64,000 nt of DNA from Eledone cirrhosa (taxonomy: Eukaryota), in assembly GCA_964016885.1 (NCBI GenBank), contig OZ024742.1:328414001-328478000 (forward strand). The letters are read 5' to 3'. Made by a program: the position numbers and the translations under genes. The notes below the pieces were generated by a model. That model was not told the origin of the DNA and did not search any database. It worked only from the letters and a program-made list of their open reading frames with translations. Of this stretch, positions 40,206-55,422 are shown piece after piece (the first letter of the stretch is position 1; each line of letters starts with the position of its first letter).

Positions 40206-42181
40206 AGTGTATATATATATATATGTATATGTGTGTTTCCAAAGTGAAATCCATAATCATACACCATTACATCACTTTTATTATATAGATAAAACTGGTT
40301 TCCTGACTACGACCATACGCATACAGACAAACACACACATTCATACACATATATGATGTTGGCTTAAAGATTAGTGTATTTATTTCTCGATTATAAGGTC
40401 GGGCGTTCAATTCTATGCGACGCATTCCATCCTCTAGAAATACACTTCATATTCGTCTTTCAGTTTTATGACTCGCGAAGAGGCTCATTAAAAAATAGCA
40501 TCCGAGAAATCAGAAACTGAACTTATAGTTTTCAGTTAAATTGTTTACAATTTACTCATAGTTAACTTTTTGCTTCCCACTTAGATCCTCTTCTTTCATT
40601 TTGTGACCAGAAAAGACTGGGAAGTTTGTATTAAGAAAATAATAGATTAGCTAATTATTACTTAGAGCCTTAATTAACCACATGAAAAGATTGAACCTAA
40701 TATGTGGGGCTTAATGGGTTTTCCTTTGAGTATCTGTTGTAAGAGAGAGTTTCTTAATTTTCTTATCATGTTATAGAATATGCAGCGGTTACTGATGCTA
40801 AAATATCTTCAATCTATTATGATTTTCCGTTGATTACTACAGTATGTATTATTCCTTAGAAAACAACGATTGTTAATACAGAAGCATAGTCACCTTTATT
40901 TGAAAAGAAGATGGATAGATATTGCGATATGTAAGTTATTTTGATCGTTGTAGAGAATAGCTTCCATTGCAGATATGATGCTAGGAGCTCTCCGTTTTCC
41001 GTGGTAAAGTTTAAATTACATTAAAGAATATTTATGTCCTATTGAGTGACAAAATGTAGGCCTTTTCTTGAGTTTGTCTTTAAATCATTTATCAAAATTT
41101 TCACAAGGACTCAATAAATACCAAACTCATTGTTAGGATTATAAGTTAGTTTGGATACAAGTAGATAAGCCGAATGTATTACGGGACGAATAACAGAATA
41201 TAATGTTGGTTAAAATACTTTTTATGGTTTTGTGTATCATTCTATCTTGGTCGTGCAAAATAAACCTCAGTACTCCAATTTATTTGTTTGTTCTACAATG
41301 TCCAATTCAAAACAACCACCCGTTAAGGTTATTAGTACAATCCATTAAACAAACAAGTTCTGCTCGTCCAGGTAATCAATGTCACATCCAAACTGGCATA
41401 GAAAATCACCCTAATTTTATCATAACAAATAGAGCAAAACCTAACATTATCATTTTTGCACGTAGGAGGCAACACAGTATAGCAAGGGAAGATGTTACGT
41501 AGTTTATATATACTATACAAATTCCGTTACCCCCATGCACTACTATTTGCTATAGGCATAAATCAAGCAGCCACGAAGTTTTCTCCCGTAACTCTTGATA
41601 GTGTCGTAGGGGCACCGTATTAACATATGGCGTTTCTTGGGAATTTTAAACCTCTCCATGCCTGACTACAGCAGATTTCTTCCAGAGATTGATAGAAAGA
41701 AAGAGGAAGTGACAAATACACATGGAGGAAAAACCGACTCCAGTACTAGACGGGTAAATTTTTATCGGTTTCGAATGAATGAAAGGCAAAATTGAAATCG
41801 TAGGGATTTGAACACAGAGAGCCGAAACGAATACTACAAAGCGTTCTATCACACGGTCTAACGACTTTGCCAATTACAAAATATACAAATTCCAATATTT
41901 ATATATACGGTGCGTCACAATTTAGAACGTAAGAAATGAGATAGTTATGTATTATAGAAATTCTGTTATCAGCACGTATGATGCGTTAAAAGTTGCGTGT
42001 CAGAAATGTCACGTATTCTCAGTTTCCTTTAATGATGTTGTTGTACAAATTAGGAAACAGATGAACATTATATATTTTTTTGTTTTGCTTTAATATGAAG
42101 AGATTTTTTTACAAATACTAAAAAAACAACAAAAAACTACTACTACTACTATTACTAATGCTGCTGCTGCTGCTGCTGCTG

Positions 42182-42241
<60 letters not shown>

Positions 42242-44409
42242 TTGCTGCTGCTACTGCTACTACAACAACAAACAACAACAAAACAGGACGTTTTTCTCTT
42301 TCCTAATTGCTACAACGGCATCATTAAAGGATACGTATCACTTATGACACGCAACTTGCATCTTGCTGTGCGCATGATCAGCTTTCGCACTGAAGGTATA
42401 ATGTGGATTAAATGGGTATGTATTCCTTTTATCGATCTCTTGTGTGAAGTCGGAATGTAGAGATTTTTTTGACATTCTGATATCAAGTTAACATTAACAA
42501 ACGGTAACATAAACAGAGGCATCAATTAAACACATGCTGGTATAGCTCTCTCGCTCTGATCGATCGACAAATAGGACCAAGGAAACAATATTTCTATTGG
42601 CCTTTCCATTGCTGATACAATCTACCGGTCGCAACTCCTGGCAGAAGGAGCAGCGTGAAATAAAATGTCTTACTCAAGGCTACGACGCATCACCCGGTCC
42701 GAGAATTAAACTCGTAACCTCAAGATTGTGAATCTAACTCTGTAACTGATAAGACAGGCGACTAGCTACTGATAATAAAATAATAACATTTCCTAGTGAT
42801 ACCACTATATTTAAAAAATCAACTTATGTCTAAGAGTGGGAGCCAACGCTCGCTCCAGCTGCTTCAAACAGAATTCAAACCTTCCTTAAATCACACCTGA
42901 TATTCTTTACAAAATGAAGGATACATTGGACAAGTAATTTTGGTCATGATTATAATATTTCTTGATTCTGATTGATCTTCAACTAAACAAACACAACGAA
43001 CACTGCCTTTTCGTTTTTTGACTAATATATGAAAATATATCCTTAATGCTTTTATTACAATTGAATGTCAAATGATCCCACACATGCAAAAGAAAATATT
43101 GTCTCATTGGGAAATCTCATTATTAACAACGGTAGAAAGGTAAAGTCTTCATTCGACCATGACCTATAATCCATGACCTCACGGATTATAGGTACATCAT
43201 TGACTGATCATATGTTTGACACTGTGATACACGAGCTTGAGCAGGGTGCTATATGGAAGACGAGAAGGTACACATGCGTGCAAGTAATCCCTTTCCACGA
43301 CACTGATGTTTTTCAAATAATGGCAAAAGTCGATACGTCTATGCAATTGCGTCATCGTAAGACTTGTTTTCCTGCGTGATGGATTGTAGCAACAGGAAAT
43401 AGAGTTTCGTGCTTAAGGATACAATGTTCCACCCAGCAGTACAGACCCCCAAGTAACGCGCTGTCACCAGCATTAATAAAACTGTTAATATTTCATTTGC
43501 ACTATTTTCTCAGTATTCTGACTAAGAACCTCTATAGAAAGGTTTAGATAGGAATTAATTGTTAGCGTGTCTAGCGAATTGACAAAATCGTTAGAGCGTC
43601 GTATTAAATACCTTGTGATAGAATGTTCCGGCCTTCTGCTATCTGTATTCATATCTTGCCAAGAGCAACTTTACATTTCATGTTACTCGTATAGTGATCG
43701 AACAATAAAGTAGCATTCTATGATGGCTGAGTGATGGCATTGTTTAAGCGTGGGTGGGATACTTGTTGATAGCTGTTATGGCTCTCTGTGCTCTGGTTTT
43801 ACATTGCGCCTCTTGTGACTGTCACTTTGACTGTTAGTGGGAATCCTAATATTAAATCACACGATAATCATCTTGTAAGGTGCAGCCACGCAGAAGGATG
43901 TCTATAGCTGCAAATATATCTTCAGAATCGTATACGCGGAAGAAAAGGTACGATTTCAGATTCGAAAAAGTGACAAACATATCTGTAGAGCAACTGCGAG
44001 TCAATGGAATAGATTTCAATGCATGACGGGATGTTATTTTATCGTCACAGAAAAGGGACAATAAATAAATATAAAAACACTGGATAATATTAGTTTTTCT
44101 CTAACTATGGTTGATATTGACAAACAATAATGATTTGTGACATTGGCCCAAAGCCATAATTCTATCGGAATAGAATTAAAGTCGAGAATGCTATGAATTC
44201 CGATATGTGAAGACGTAAAGTTATAGCCTGGCCAAATACGATGCAAGAACGTAAACATATATAATTGCTGTAATTGCTACGAAGCATCAACAATGCATTT
44301 ACCATGTCTACCATTGTCTGTATACCCTCTCGCTTACTCTCCCATTCCCTTTTTCTTTCTGTAAGTTTATATATATATATAAAATCTAAATTCTGTTTTA
44401 AGCCAGAAG

Positions 44410-44817
<408 letters not shown>

Positions 44818-45097
44818 TGCCATGAGATTATTTCTCGATCATCCCTATACCATTGATATATATTCCTTAGTCAATTCTCTATCTCAATCTGTGTGAAGGA
44901 GCGCGACTTTGTGGTCGGAGTGTTCGGCTCAAGATCGCTAATTGGTAAATTTGATTTCCGACGGCTGGTGGAAATGAATTGTGCCTATAAAGCAATGGAC
45001 CATCCTTGTCAAACCCTGAGTACTACGTTAAGAGTACCAGTGTTTGTGGAATGCTCAGCCACTTGCACGATACGTTCATGGGCAGGATATTTAGTTA

Positions 45098-45287
45098 AGG
45101 GCGGTGAATTAGCAGTATCAGTAGAGAGTTGGACGCTTTGCAGCATAGAGTTAAGTCCCTTTATGGTCTGAGTTCAAATCCTACCGAAGTTAACTTTGCC
45201 TTTCATCCTTACGGGGTCGATAAATTAAAGTACCAGTAATGCACTGGGATAATTGCTGGCCTTGTGCTCAAAATAGAAACAGTTATT
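45098..45287 (+). mobile_element. tRNA-derived SINE (dominant family)
   Basis: Full family sequence. Confidence 0.9.
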
Positions 45288-45658
45288 CCGTTAATCGAAT
45301 CAACTGGAACACTCGGCGTCGGAAATGATCGGAGTCTATTGAAGACATACATCTCTTTCTACACATATGTTCCCACGATGTTTCCATTCATTTTCAAACA
45401 TTTTCCCTTCGTAACTAGACATACCTTGTGATTAATTCTCAGTCATTTATCCATTCATCAATATTTTAGAATAAACTGCAATAAAAACTGACAGGAACTA
45501 TGAAATACAAGTTCAACAATAAACTTTACAACTAAAAACGAAAATTTAATCTAATCAATAATCAGCGTATCGATTTAATTCTTCAGCACCGAATGAGAAA
45601 GCAGTTCACATATAAGAAGAGGTCAAGACAGACAAACACGCACACACACATATATAAA

Positions 45659-45753
<95 letters not shown>

Positions 45754-45778
45754 GTGTATATATGTATGTCTATATATG

Positions 45779-45851
<73 letters not shown>

Positions 45852-46043
45852 ATGTGTGTGTGTGTGTAATGTTGGAATAACGATATGGTGTGATTATCGA
45901 GGGGTAAACTTTGATCAAAACAGTTTGATCGAATTAATAAAATACACCACTCCACCACACAAACAATCCCGCATGAATTTATTACATTCTAAACTGTATA
46001 TGTGTGTGCGTGGTTGTTTATGTATGTGTTTGTGTGTATGTGA

Positions 46044-46159
46044 GGCTGTGTGGGAGTTTATGTATGTATATATATTTCTATATCTATATATATATAACTA
46101 TGTGTGTCTGATGGCATACAAGTTCCCCCGTATATTTTGTTTGCGGCTGTGTGGGAGTT

Positions 46160-46213
<54 letters not shown>

Positions 46214-46370
46214 AACTCCCACACAGCCGCAAACAAAATATATGGGGGAATATATGGGGGAACTTGTATGCCACCAGACACACATAGTTACAGATACAGG
46301 TGGGGTACGTGGTGGGGTACATGTATATATATATAGAGAGAGAGATCTAATTTTAATGAATACATGCATA

Positions 46371-46446
<76 letters not shown>

Positions 46447-46636
46447 TATGAATAGGCATGTATTCATTAAAATTAGATCTCTCTCTCTATATATATATAG
46501 ACACACATAGCTACAGATACAGGCGTGTGCTGGGGTACTTGTATATATATATATACATGTACCCTAGCACACGGCTGTATCTGCAGCTATGTGTGTCTGA
46601 TGGCATACAAGTTCCCCCATATATTTTGTTTGCAGC
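46044..46636. repeat. Chain of three fold-back palindromes, each centred on (TA)n
   Basis: Inverted pairs at 46095-46290, 46324-46499 and 46499-46598 reusing the same local segments. Confidence 0.85.
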
Positions 46637-46994
46637 ACCTTTTGAAGAAATGAAAAGCCAATGAATCGATCAGTAGATTCTTTGATCAAGACATTCACTT
46701 CCAATGCTGATAATTGAAATTATGAATTATAGGTAAAGTATACTTCCATTACATCTGTTGTATTTATTCTCTTCACTAGAGGAAACTGCTGCTCTAACGT
46801 CCCAATTTTCTAAACAGTAATAACACTCACACACACACATATATACATTACATATATACATATATATGTACATATATATATATGCAAATCAATATATCTA
46901 TGCATATATGCATTGATACATACATATATAAGCAAACCTATTCATCTATACATATATATACATACATACCTACATACATTCATACATACATACG

Positions 46995-48966
46995 CCAATA
47001 AAGTACAAACATAACAGACCATAGCAATGCATGATGACCATAATCAATAACCAGAGAATAGCTGAATAGAGGTGGGCCATTGAGAAAATCAAACTCAACC
47101 CCAAAGTGTTCTTTTCATTTGCTAAAAAACACAAGGTCACCGTCTCCACTGTTGGCCCCCTAGTTGATGAAAATGCCACACTTCAAGAGCATGCCAAAAC
47201 CATGGGCGAGATACTGCAGAAACAATACTTCTCTGTGTTCAGCAATCCTGATATGGCCAATCTGGGCCGTATCAGTGATGTTAATCCCCAACACACTATA
47301 TCAGACATAACGTTTGGCGCCCCTGATGTCTTAGCGGCAATAAACGAAATTAAACACAATTCAGCAGAAGGCCCCGACAGGTTACCTGCTTGTGTCCTAA
47401 AGGTGTGTCGACACCAACTTGCATTTCCTCTTGCTAATCTGTGGAGGAACTCACTGGATACTGGATATATTCCTGAAAACTTTCTGTCCCAGTCCATTGT
47501 CCCAGTCTTCAAAAAGGGAAATAAGTCCCTTGCAATGAACTACCGTCCGATCTCACTCACCTCTCATATTATAAAGTTATTTGAGAAGGTGGTGAGATCA
47601 CGAACAACCCACTTTCTTGAAAGCAGCGGCCTGCTGAGCCGCAACCAACATGGGTTCCGTAATGGAAGGGACTGCCTAACGCAGCTCCTGCATCACTTTG
47701 ACGATGTTTTGAGAGCCTTGGGAGAGGGCTCCAACACTGATGTCATCTACCTTGATTTCAGCAAGGCCTTTGACAGGGTTGATCATAAGATTTTACTGAA
47801 AGAACTATCCAATATTGGTGTCTCTGGAATGGTACTACAGTGGATCAAATGTTTCCTGACAGACAGAACCCAGCATGTTGTAGTCGAAGGAGTAAAATCA
47901 AGCCATGCCAAAGTCAGCAGTGGCGTCCCACAAGGCACTGTGTTGGGCCCACTTCTTTTCATCATCTAAATTAATGACATTACTGACTTTATCAAGCACA
48001 GCAACATAAGAATCTTCGCAGATGATGCCAAGCTCCAATGGGTCATCAATGAGCTGAGTGCACTGACCTGCCTTCAATCAGACTTACTGGCTGTTATCCA
48101 ATGGGCAGAAAAGAATAATATGCTGTTGAATGAGGATAAGTTTGAATTAATCCACTTTGGAAAAAATGATGCCCTGCAACTACCATACTCTCTTCCTTCG
48201 GGTGAAACTCTAGTGGCATCCAACAACATCAGCGACCTGCGAGTAATTGTGGACCACAACATAAGCTGGGCCACTCATATAAACAGCAAAGTTGATGTGG
48301 CTCGCAGAATGTGTTCCTGGATTCTCAGAACTTTTCAGTCGAGAGATATCCACACTGTTATCCTTCTCTTCTCCACATTTGCCCGACACCACCTTGAATA
48401 CTGTTGTCCACTGTGGTCTCCCCACACGAAACAAAGTATCATGAAAGTTGAAGCACCCCACAAGTCATTTACAAAAAAGATAGAAGGCATGACAGGCCTT
48501 GACTATTAGAGTCGATTAGAAAAGCTCAGCCGTTATACTCTCCAACGTCGCTGTGAGAGCTACATTATCTGCATGATGTGGAAAATATTCCATCAGCTTT
48601 GCCCAAATGATGTTGGCATCACCTTTAATGTACACCCAAGGCTTGCGACCCGTGCTTTCGGCCACAACAAAAATCTCATAACAACAATACGGCACAATTA
48701 TTTCATCTCAATTGGCCCTGCTCCCTTTAACATTACACCAAAACACATCAAAGCGGAAGCAGACCCCATCAAGTCCAAGAAGTCTTTGGACAAATTCCTT
48801 CAAGAAATCCCGGATGAGCCTCCTACACCCGGATATCCCTCCGTAAACAATAACTCTCTGCTCGAGTGGACCATGGTGCCCAAACTCTGATTTGTAAGAT
48901 TCGCCAGGTGGTGCAATTGAGTTAGACATGGCCTGGGCCAATACTGGCCAACAGTTATCAAAGTTA
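46995..48966 (+). mobile_element. 5'-truncated CR1-group LINE with disrupted RT ORF
   Basis: NYRPISLTS, QHGFRNGRDCLTQL, VIYLDFSKAFDRVDH, SSGVPQGTVLGPLLF, FADD, LEYCCPLWSPH; few stops/frameshifts; 3' end runs into TA repeat. Confidence 0.92.
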
Positions 48967-48992
48967 TATATACAATATATATATATACACAA

Positions 48993-49044
<52 letters not shown>

Positions 49045-49057
49045 TATACATATATAT

Positions 49058-49114
<57 letters not shown>

Positions 49115-49173
49115 ATCTATCTATATATATACATATATATATATAAACAATCAATATATATATACATATACAA

Positions 49174-49218
<45 letters not shown>

Positions 49219-49415
49219 CATATATATATACAATAATATATATATACACACAATATATATATATGTATATACACACAATCAATATATATATATATATACA
49301 TATATACAATATATATATACAATATACATATATACAACATATATATATATAAAATAATATATATATACATATATATATATACATTAATATATACATATAT
49401 ACACACATATACATA

Positions 49416-49482
<67 letters not shown>

Positions 49483-49568
49483 GTATATATATATATATAT
49501 GGTATATATATATATATATACGTATATATATATATGTGGTATATATACATATATGGTATATATATGTG

Positions 49569-49600
<32 letters not shown>

Positions 49601-49633
49601 TAGAAGTGGTTACAAAACAGTTAGTTCACCATA

Positions 49634-49673
49634 CCGAGATCAATTGTTTCACCTTCGCGGATCTTCAGCTTGG
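49634..49673 (-). ncRNA. Hammerhead ribozyme, probably inactive copy
   Basis: ccaag-CTGAAGA-tccgcgaaggt-GAAA-caattg-AT-ctcgg; U16.1 changed to A. Confidence 0.6.
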
Positions 49674-50315
49674 GATGTGTATGGTTATAGGAAGGACAAC
49701 CGTACGAACGCGCATGCGCAGAAACTCGCTCACTTCACACAGGCAATACTAGACTGCGTACGGGAGGTGTAAGGAAGATAGCTACGAAAGTCCGGAAAGT
49801 TTTTAGGTTGAAAGCAAAATTTTAAAAAAATTAAAAATAAAATTACAAAGAATCAGTCCAGAGCCTTGTAGTTATGCAATAGATGTTTGGTGACGTGTGG
49901 ACAACGTGTGAAAAATTTACTCTCGTGTTTAGGCAATCACTATTGCGTAATCTCTTTAGGATAGTTATTCATTCGTCAATACATAAGCCACACGCTGGAT
50001 TTCCCCTTGCGTATGGCTTGGACTTAGTGATGGCTTTCCCTTGAATGGAGTAGCCTATACTTCAGTCCTTAAGGGACCATACGTGGCTCGCGAATTTCGT
50101 GGATGAACGTCTGTCCGCGTATCTGAAGGGAGACTGGTGGTTCAGGAAACGATCCTTGAATCGGCCCTCCGCCATGCCCACATAGGATTTGACCTCTTGT
50201 GGTTCGTTTGGTCGGTTGGAAGTGACCACAGCTTTATAGATTACAGCTGGTGTGTTGCATTGCTGTTGAAGGGGTCAAGCTTCAGGCTTACGGCAAGAGC
50301 ACCCTGGTGGGGTGT

Positions 50316-50722
50316 TGCAACACGCGAGCTGTAATCTATAAAGCTGTGGTCACTTCCAACCGACCAAATGAACCACAAGAGGTCAAATCCTATGTGGGCA
50401 TGGCGGAGGGCCGATTCAAGGAGCGTTTCCTCAACCACCAGTCTAACTTCAGATACCCAGACAGACGTTCATCCACCAAACTCGCGAGCCACGTATGGTC
50501 CCTCAAGGACTCAAGTATAGGCTACTCCATTCAATGGAAAGCCATCACTAAGTCCAAGCTATACGCAAGGGGAAATCCGACGTGTGACTTATGTATTGAC
50601 GAACGAATAACTATCCTAAAGAGATTACGCAATAGTGATTGCCTAAACACGAGAGTGAATTTTTCACACGTTGTCCACACGTCACCAAACATCTATTGCA
50701 TAACTACAAGGCTCCGGACTGA
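50316..50722 (+). pseudogene. GIY-YIG endonuclease domain of PLE (C-terminal EN type, Hydra-clade-like)
   Basis: CNTRAVIYKAVV...KSYVGMAEGRFKERFLNHQSNF...STKLASHVWSLKD...CDLCIDERITI...LNTR, then a frameshift to EFFTRCPHVTKHLL...*. Confidence 0.88.
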
Positions 50723-50907
50723 TTCTTTGTAATTTTATTTTTAATTTTTTTTAAATTTTATTTTCAACCTAAAAAGTTTCCGGACTTTCGTAGTTATCTC
50801 CCTTACACCACCTGCAGGCAGTCTAGTTTTGCCTGTGTGAAGTGACCGAGTTTCTGCGCATGCGCGTTCGTACGGTTGTCCTTCCTGTTCCTATAACCAT
50901 ACACATC

Positions 50908-50947
50908 CCGAGCTGAAGATCCGCGAAGGTGAAACAATTGTTCTCGG
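50908..50947 (+). ncRNA. Minimal type I hammerhead ribozyme in PLE pLTR
   Basis: ccgag-CTGAAGA-tccgcgaaggt-GAAA-caattg-TT-ctcgg; palindromic ACAATTGT stem III; stem I extendable via ccatac/gtatgg. Confidence 0.78.
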
Positions 50948-51041
50948 TATGGTGAACTAACTGCTGTGTAACCACTTCTACCCAACTCGTCCCTTGGACT
51001 GAGTGTTCTACCACTACGGATATTTCCTTCCAGTGTTCCAC

Positions 51042-51096
<55 letters not shown>

Positions 51097-51097
51097 C

Positions 51098-51794
51098 GTT
51101 ATACTTGGGGAGGGTCATATTGTTGTAATAATATTGCCAAAATTAATAACATAAGACGCTCACTGTTTGGTTGGTTTTCGCTATTCGCTTCTGTGTCTTT
51201 TATATCGGTTATTTTTATTTATTCGGTCCTCAATGTTGCCATTGACTGACCAACAGTTAAAAATACAGATACAATATAGACACAAACACATATATATAGT
51301 CTATCAAAGTTCTTTCGTTGCACATCTGCAGTATCGTCAGTGGTGCTATTATGTTTACTCCCGTTGCATTATATGCCTACGCCATCTTTATTTAGTCTGT
51401 TTCTTTATAAATAAAAATTTATATAAAAAATATACAAATAAATAAATAAATAAACAGACTAAATAAAGATGGCGTAGGCATACAATACAACAGGAGGAAA
51501 CATAATAACACCACTGACGATATTGCAGATGTGCAACGAAATAACTTTGATAGACTATATATATGTGTTTGTGTCTATATTGTATCTGTATTTTTGACCG
51601 TTGCTCAGTCAATGGCAACATTGAGGACCGAATAGATTAACCGATATCAAAGACACAGAAGCGAAAACCAACCAAACAGTGAGTGTGTTCTGTTATTAAC
51701 TCTGGCAATATTATTACACAAATATGACCTTCTCCAAGTATAACAATATTTGTTTCGACACACGATTTCATATCAAAAACCTCGCAAAACTAAT
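51098..51794. mobile_element. ~300-bp-arm inverted-repeat insert in (TA)n, probable PLE-type element
   Basis: Arms 51098-51402 / 51452-51744 plus 50-bp right extension; partial HHR-like CTGACGA-ta ttgca gatg tgcaa c-GAAA at 51514-51541 lacking clear stems I/III. Confidence 0.75.
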
Positions 51795-52023
51795 ACATAT
51801 TATTGTATATATATATTATTGTATATATATATTTCCAGCATAGTTACGTCCCTTTACAATCTGAGTTCAAATCCCGCCGAGGTTGACTTTGCCTTTCATC
51901 CTTACGAGGTCGATAAAATAAAGTACCAGTAATGCACTGGGTAATTTGCTGGCCTTGTGCCTAAAGTAGAAACAATTATTGTATATATATATATATTGTA
52001 TATATATATATATATAAATATAT

Positions 52024-52054
<31 letters not shown>

Positions 52055-52116
52055 CATATATAAATATATATTATTGTATATATATATATTGTATATATAT
52101 ATACATATATATATAT

Positions 52117-52254
<138 letters not shown>

Positions 52255-52407
52255 ATCAATATATATATATATATACAATATATATATATATACAATAATA
52301 TATATATACACACAATCAATATATATATATAGATATACAATATATATATATATATATATACAACATACATAATCTGTTATTTTAATAAATATTTGCTCTA
52401 CGGTTCT

Positions 52408-52680
52408 TATATAGAATGTGACAGGTGCAACCAATACTAGATAGGTAGCACAATTCGACCTTTACACATCCGGATCAAGGAACACATTAAAACCAGGGCC
52501 TCGTCTTTCCGGAAACACATAGACAAATGCGGAAACAAAGACGGAAGGCCCATTGTCACAATTCTAGCGACTGAAAGAAACGTCGGTACGTTACGTATTA
52601 AGGAAGCGCTTCTTATCAAACAACTGCAACCGCAAATAAACAACCGATTAGAGAGAAGCGAAATGAAATGGCTGGTTTAA
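52408..52680 (+). pseudogene. Second, unrelated PLE GIY-YIG endonuclease fragment (not in the ORF track)
   Basis: YIECDRCNQY*IGSTIRPLHIRIKEH...FRKHIDKC...LRIKEALLIKQLQPQINNR...*; one in-frame TAG at 52438 replaces the Y of YIG. Confidence 0.85.
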
Positions 52681-53204
52681 GTTAACAAGCGATGCAACAA
52701 CACACAACACACGCACACACACACACACGCAAACGAGACAACTACACACACGCAAACGAGACAACTACACACACACACACACGCACACACACACGCACAC
52801 GCACACACAGTAGCATTCCACCATACGAACATACTACACTGCCAATACAGATGAACAAGGCAACAACACACGCACACACACACACACACACACACTCAAG
52901 CGAGACAACAACACACGCACACACACACACACACAGTGCTTGCTAACATTAAGGGAGAATATTGCATAAAGGATTAACCAATTGTGAATGAACGCATACC
53001 TGAGAACGCCTAATTCGTCGTCTCAAAGCAGTAGCTGTATCTTTTTTAGAGCTAAGACTTGAACGTTTCCGGGTGGGCATAACGACGTGTAACGAAGCTG
53101 TTAGGTTAGAGAGGGGTGATTAAGTACAGAGAGAGGTGACACCAGATTCGCTAGCATGGTTATTGGTGAATGGGAAGGTTTGGAAATATGATTATAATAA
53201 CTCA

Positions 53205-53460
53205 CCGAATTTTCCGGCCTATAAAGTGCAATTAAAATACCTAAATTTCATCGAAAGACAGCTCTGCGTTTTATACTCCGGTGAGCCTTATGTATAAATA
53301 ATACAAAGGTATTCAATCACGGCTCTAACAGAAGTAATAGATCTAGACTAAAAGTAAAGAAGATAGCATTTTCCTGGTTGGCCTTACACGCCGTTGCGCG
53401 GACCTGATTTTAAATGATACGCCTTATATCCTGGTGAGCCTTATAGACCGGAAAATATCT
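53205..53460. mobile_element. Tigger/pogo-like MITE
   Basis: TIRs attttccggcctataa / ttatagaccggaaaat; internal ggtgagccttat repeats. Confidence 0.55.
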
Positions 53461-54232
53461 ATTGGAAAAGAATACGAATTCATCACCAAGGTGTGACAAA
53501 ATAGGCGTCTATACAGCGCCTGAAACAAACTTGTCCAAAACCCTAGGATTTTTCTCGTTAAATATCCACCCAAAAGCGACCGTTTTTTTAGTTACAAAAA
53601 ATAACCAAAGTGTATAGTAGCTATATTTCTGACATATGCCAAAAAGAACAATATATTCAAAAAATGTTCTAAAGTACATTCAATCTCTCTTTTTGACCGA
53701 TATCTTAATAAGCAAGTCATCGATTTTTTATTGGCTGTCAGTGTCTATCTGCATGCAGGTGTGCACGTGTGCGCAATTAATTACAAATACGCTCATAACA
53801 TTTAGTCGTAAGCAGAGCAAAAATGCCATTAAAGGTAGGCTAATAATGAAGACACAAACCCTGGTGAACTTACGTTTAAACACCCGAAAAGTTACTCACT
53901 TCCTGTGCAAAAGACTGTAACAGTAGTATTATAAATTAATATTTTAGGACCTTTTGTTTAAAAAAGGAAAACATTGGTACGGACGTAACATTTTTTAACA
54001 CTTTGTATGTGTACAATACAACTGGTCAACGTATTATTTAGTTTTTTTCTTTTTTCAAAAAGCATGATTATTTAAGACTGTTTGAAAAAGACACCATTAA
54101 ATTTGGTTCCCTTTTCGGATAGGGATAATACTGTATTTCCACTTGAATAAGGTGGAATATAAAAAGATAAACTATTTACATGCAAGTTCTAAACACCAAA
54201 CAATGCCCATCTTCCCTTTATATATATATTAT

Positions 54233-54300
<68 letters not shown>

Positions 54301-54318
54301 TACAATATATATATATAT

Positions 54319-54399
<81 letters not shown>

Positions 54400-54416
54400 C
54401 ACATATATATATATAT

Positions 54417-55422
<1,006 letters not shown>

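Larger units (their letters stand above)
49601..51046. mobile_element. Head-to-head inverted, 5'-truncated Penelope-like element with GIY-YIG endonuclease and HHR-bearing pLTR
   Basis: Left arm (-) 49601-~50313, right arm (+) 50316-51046; both ends abut (TA)n; GIY-YIG translation in both arms. Confidence 0.92.

Noticed and set aside
41100-41600. Unique-looking region with 99-aa ORF
   Set aside because: No recognisable motif or splice pattern; probably an old unclassified TE
46636-46732. Exon-like segment (tttgcag...ag/gtaaag)
   Set aside because: Stops in all three frames and the acceptor lies inside the fold-back repeat
47106-47969. 287-aa RT ORF as a domesticated or novel RT gene
   Set aside because: Ordinary CR1-group LINE piece ended by a nonsense codon before FADD; 5'-truncated
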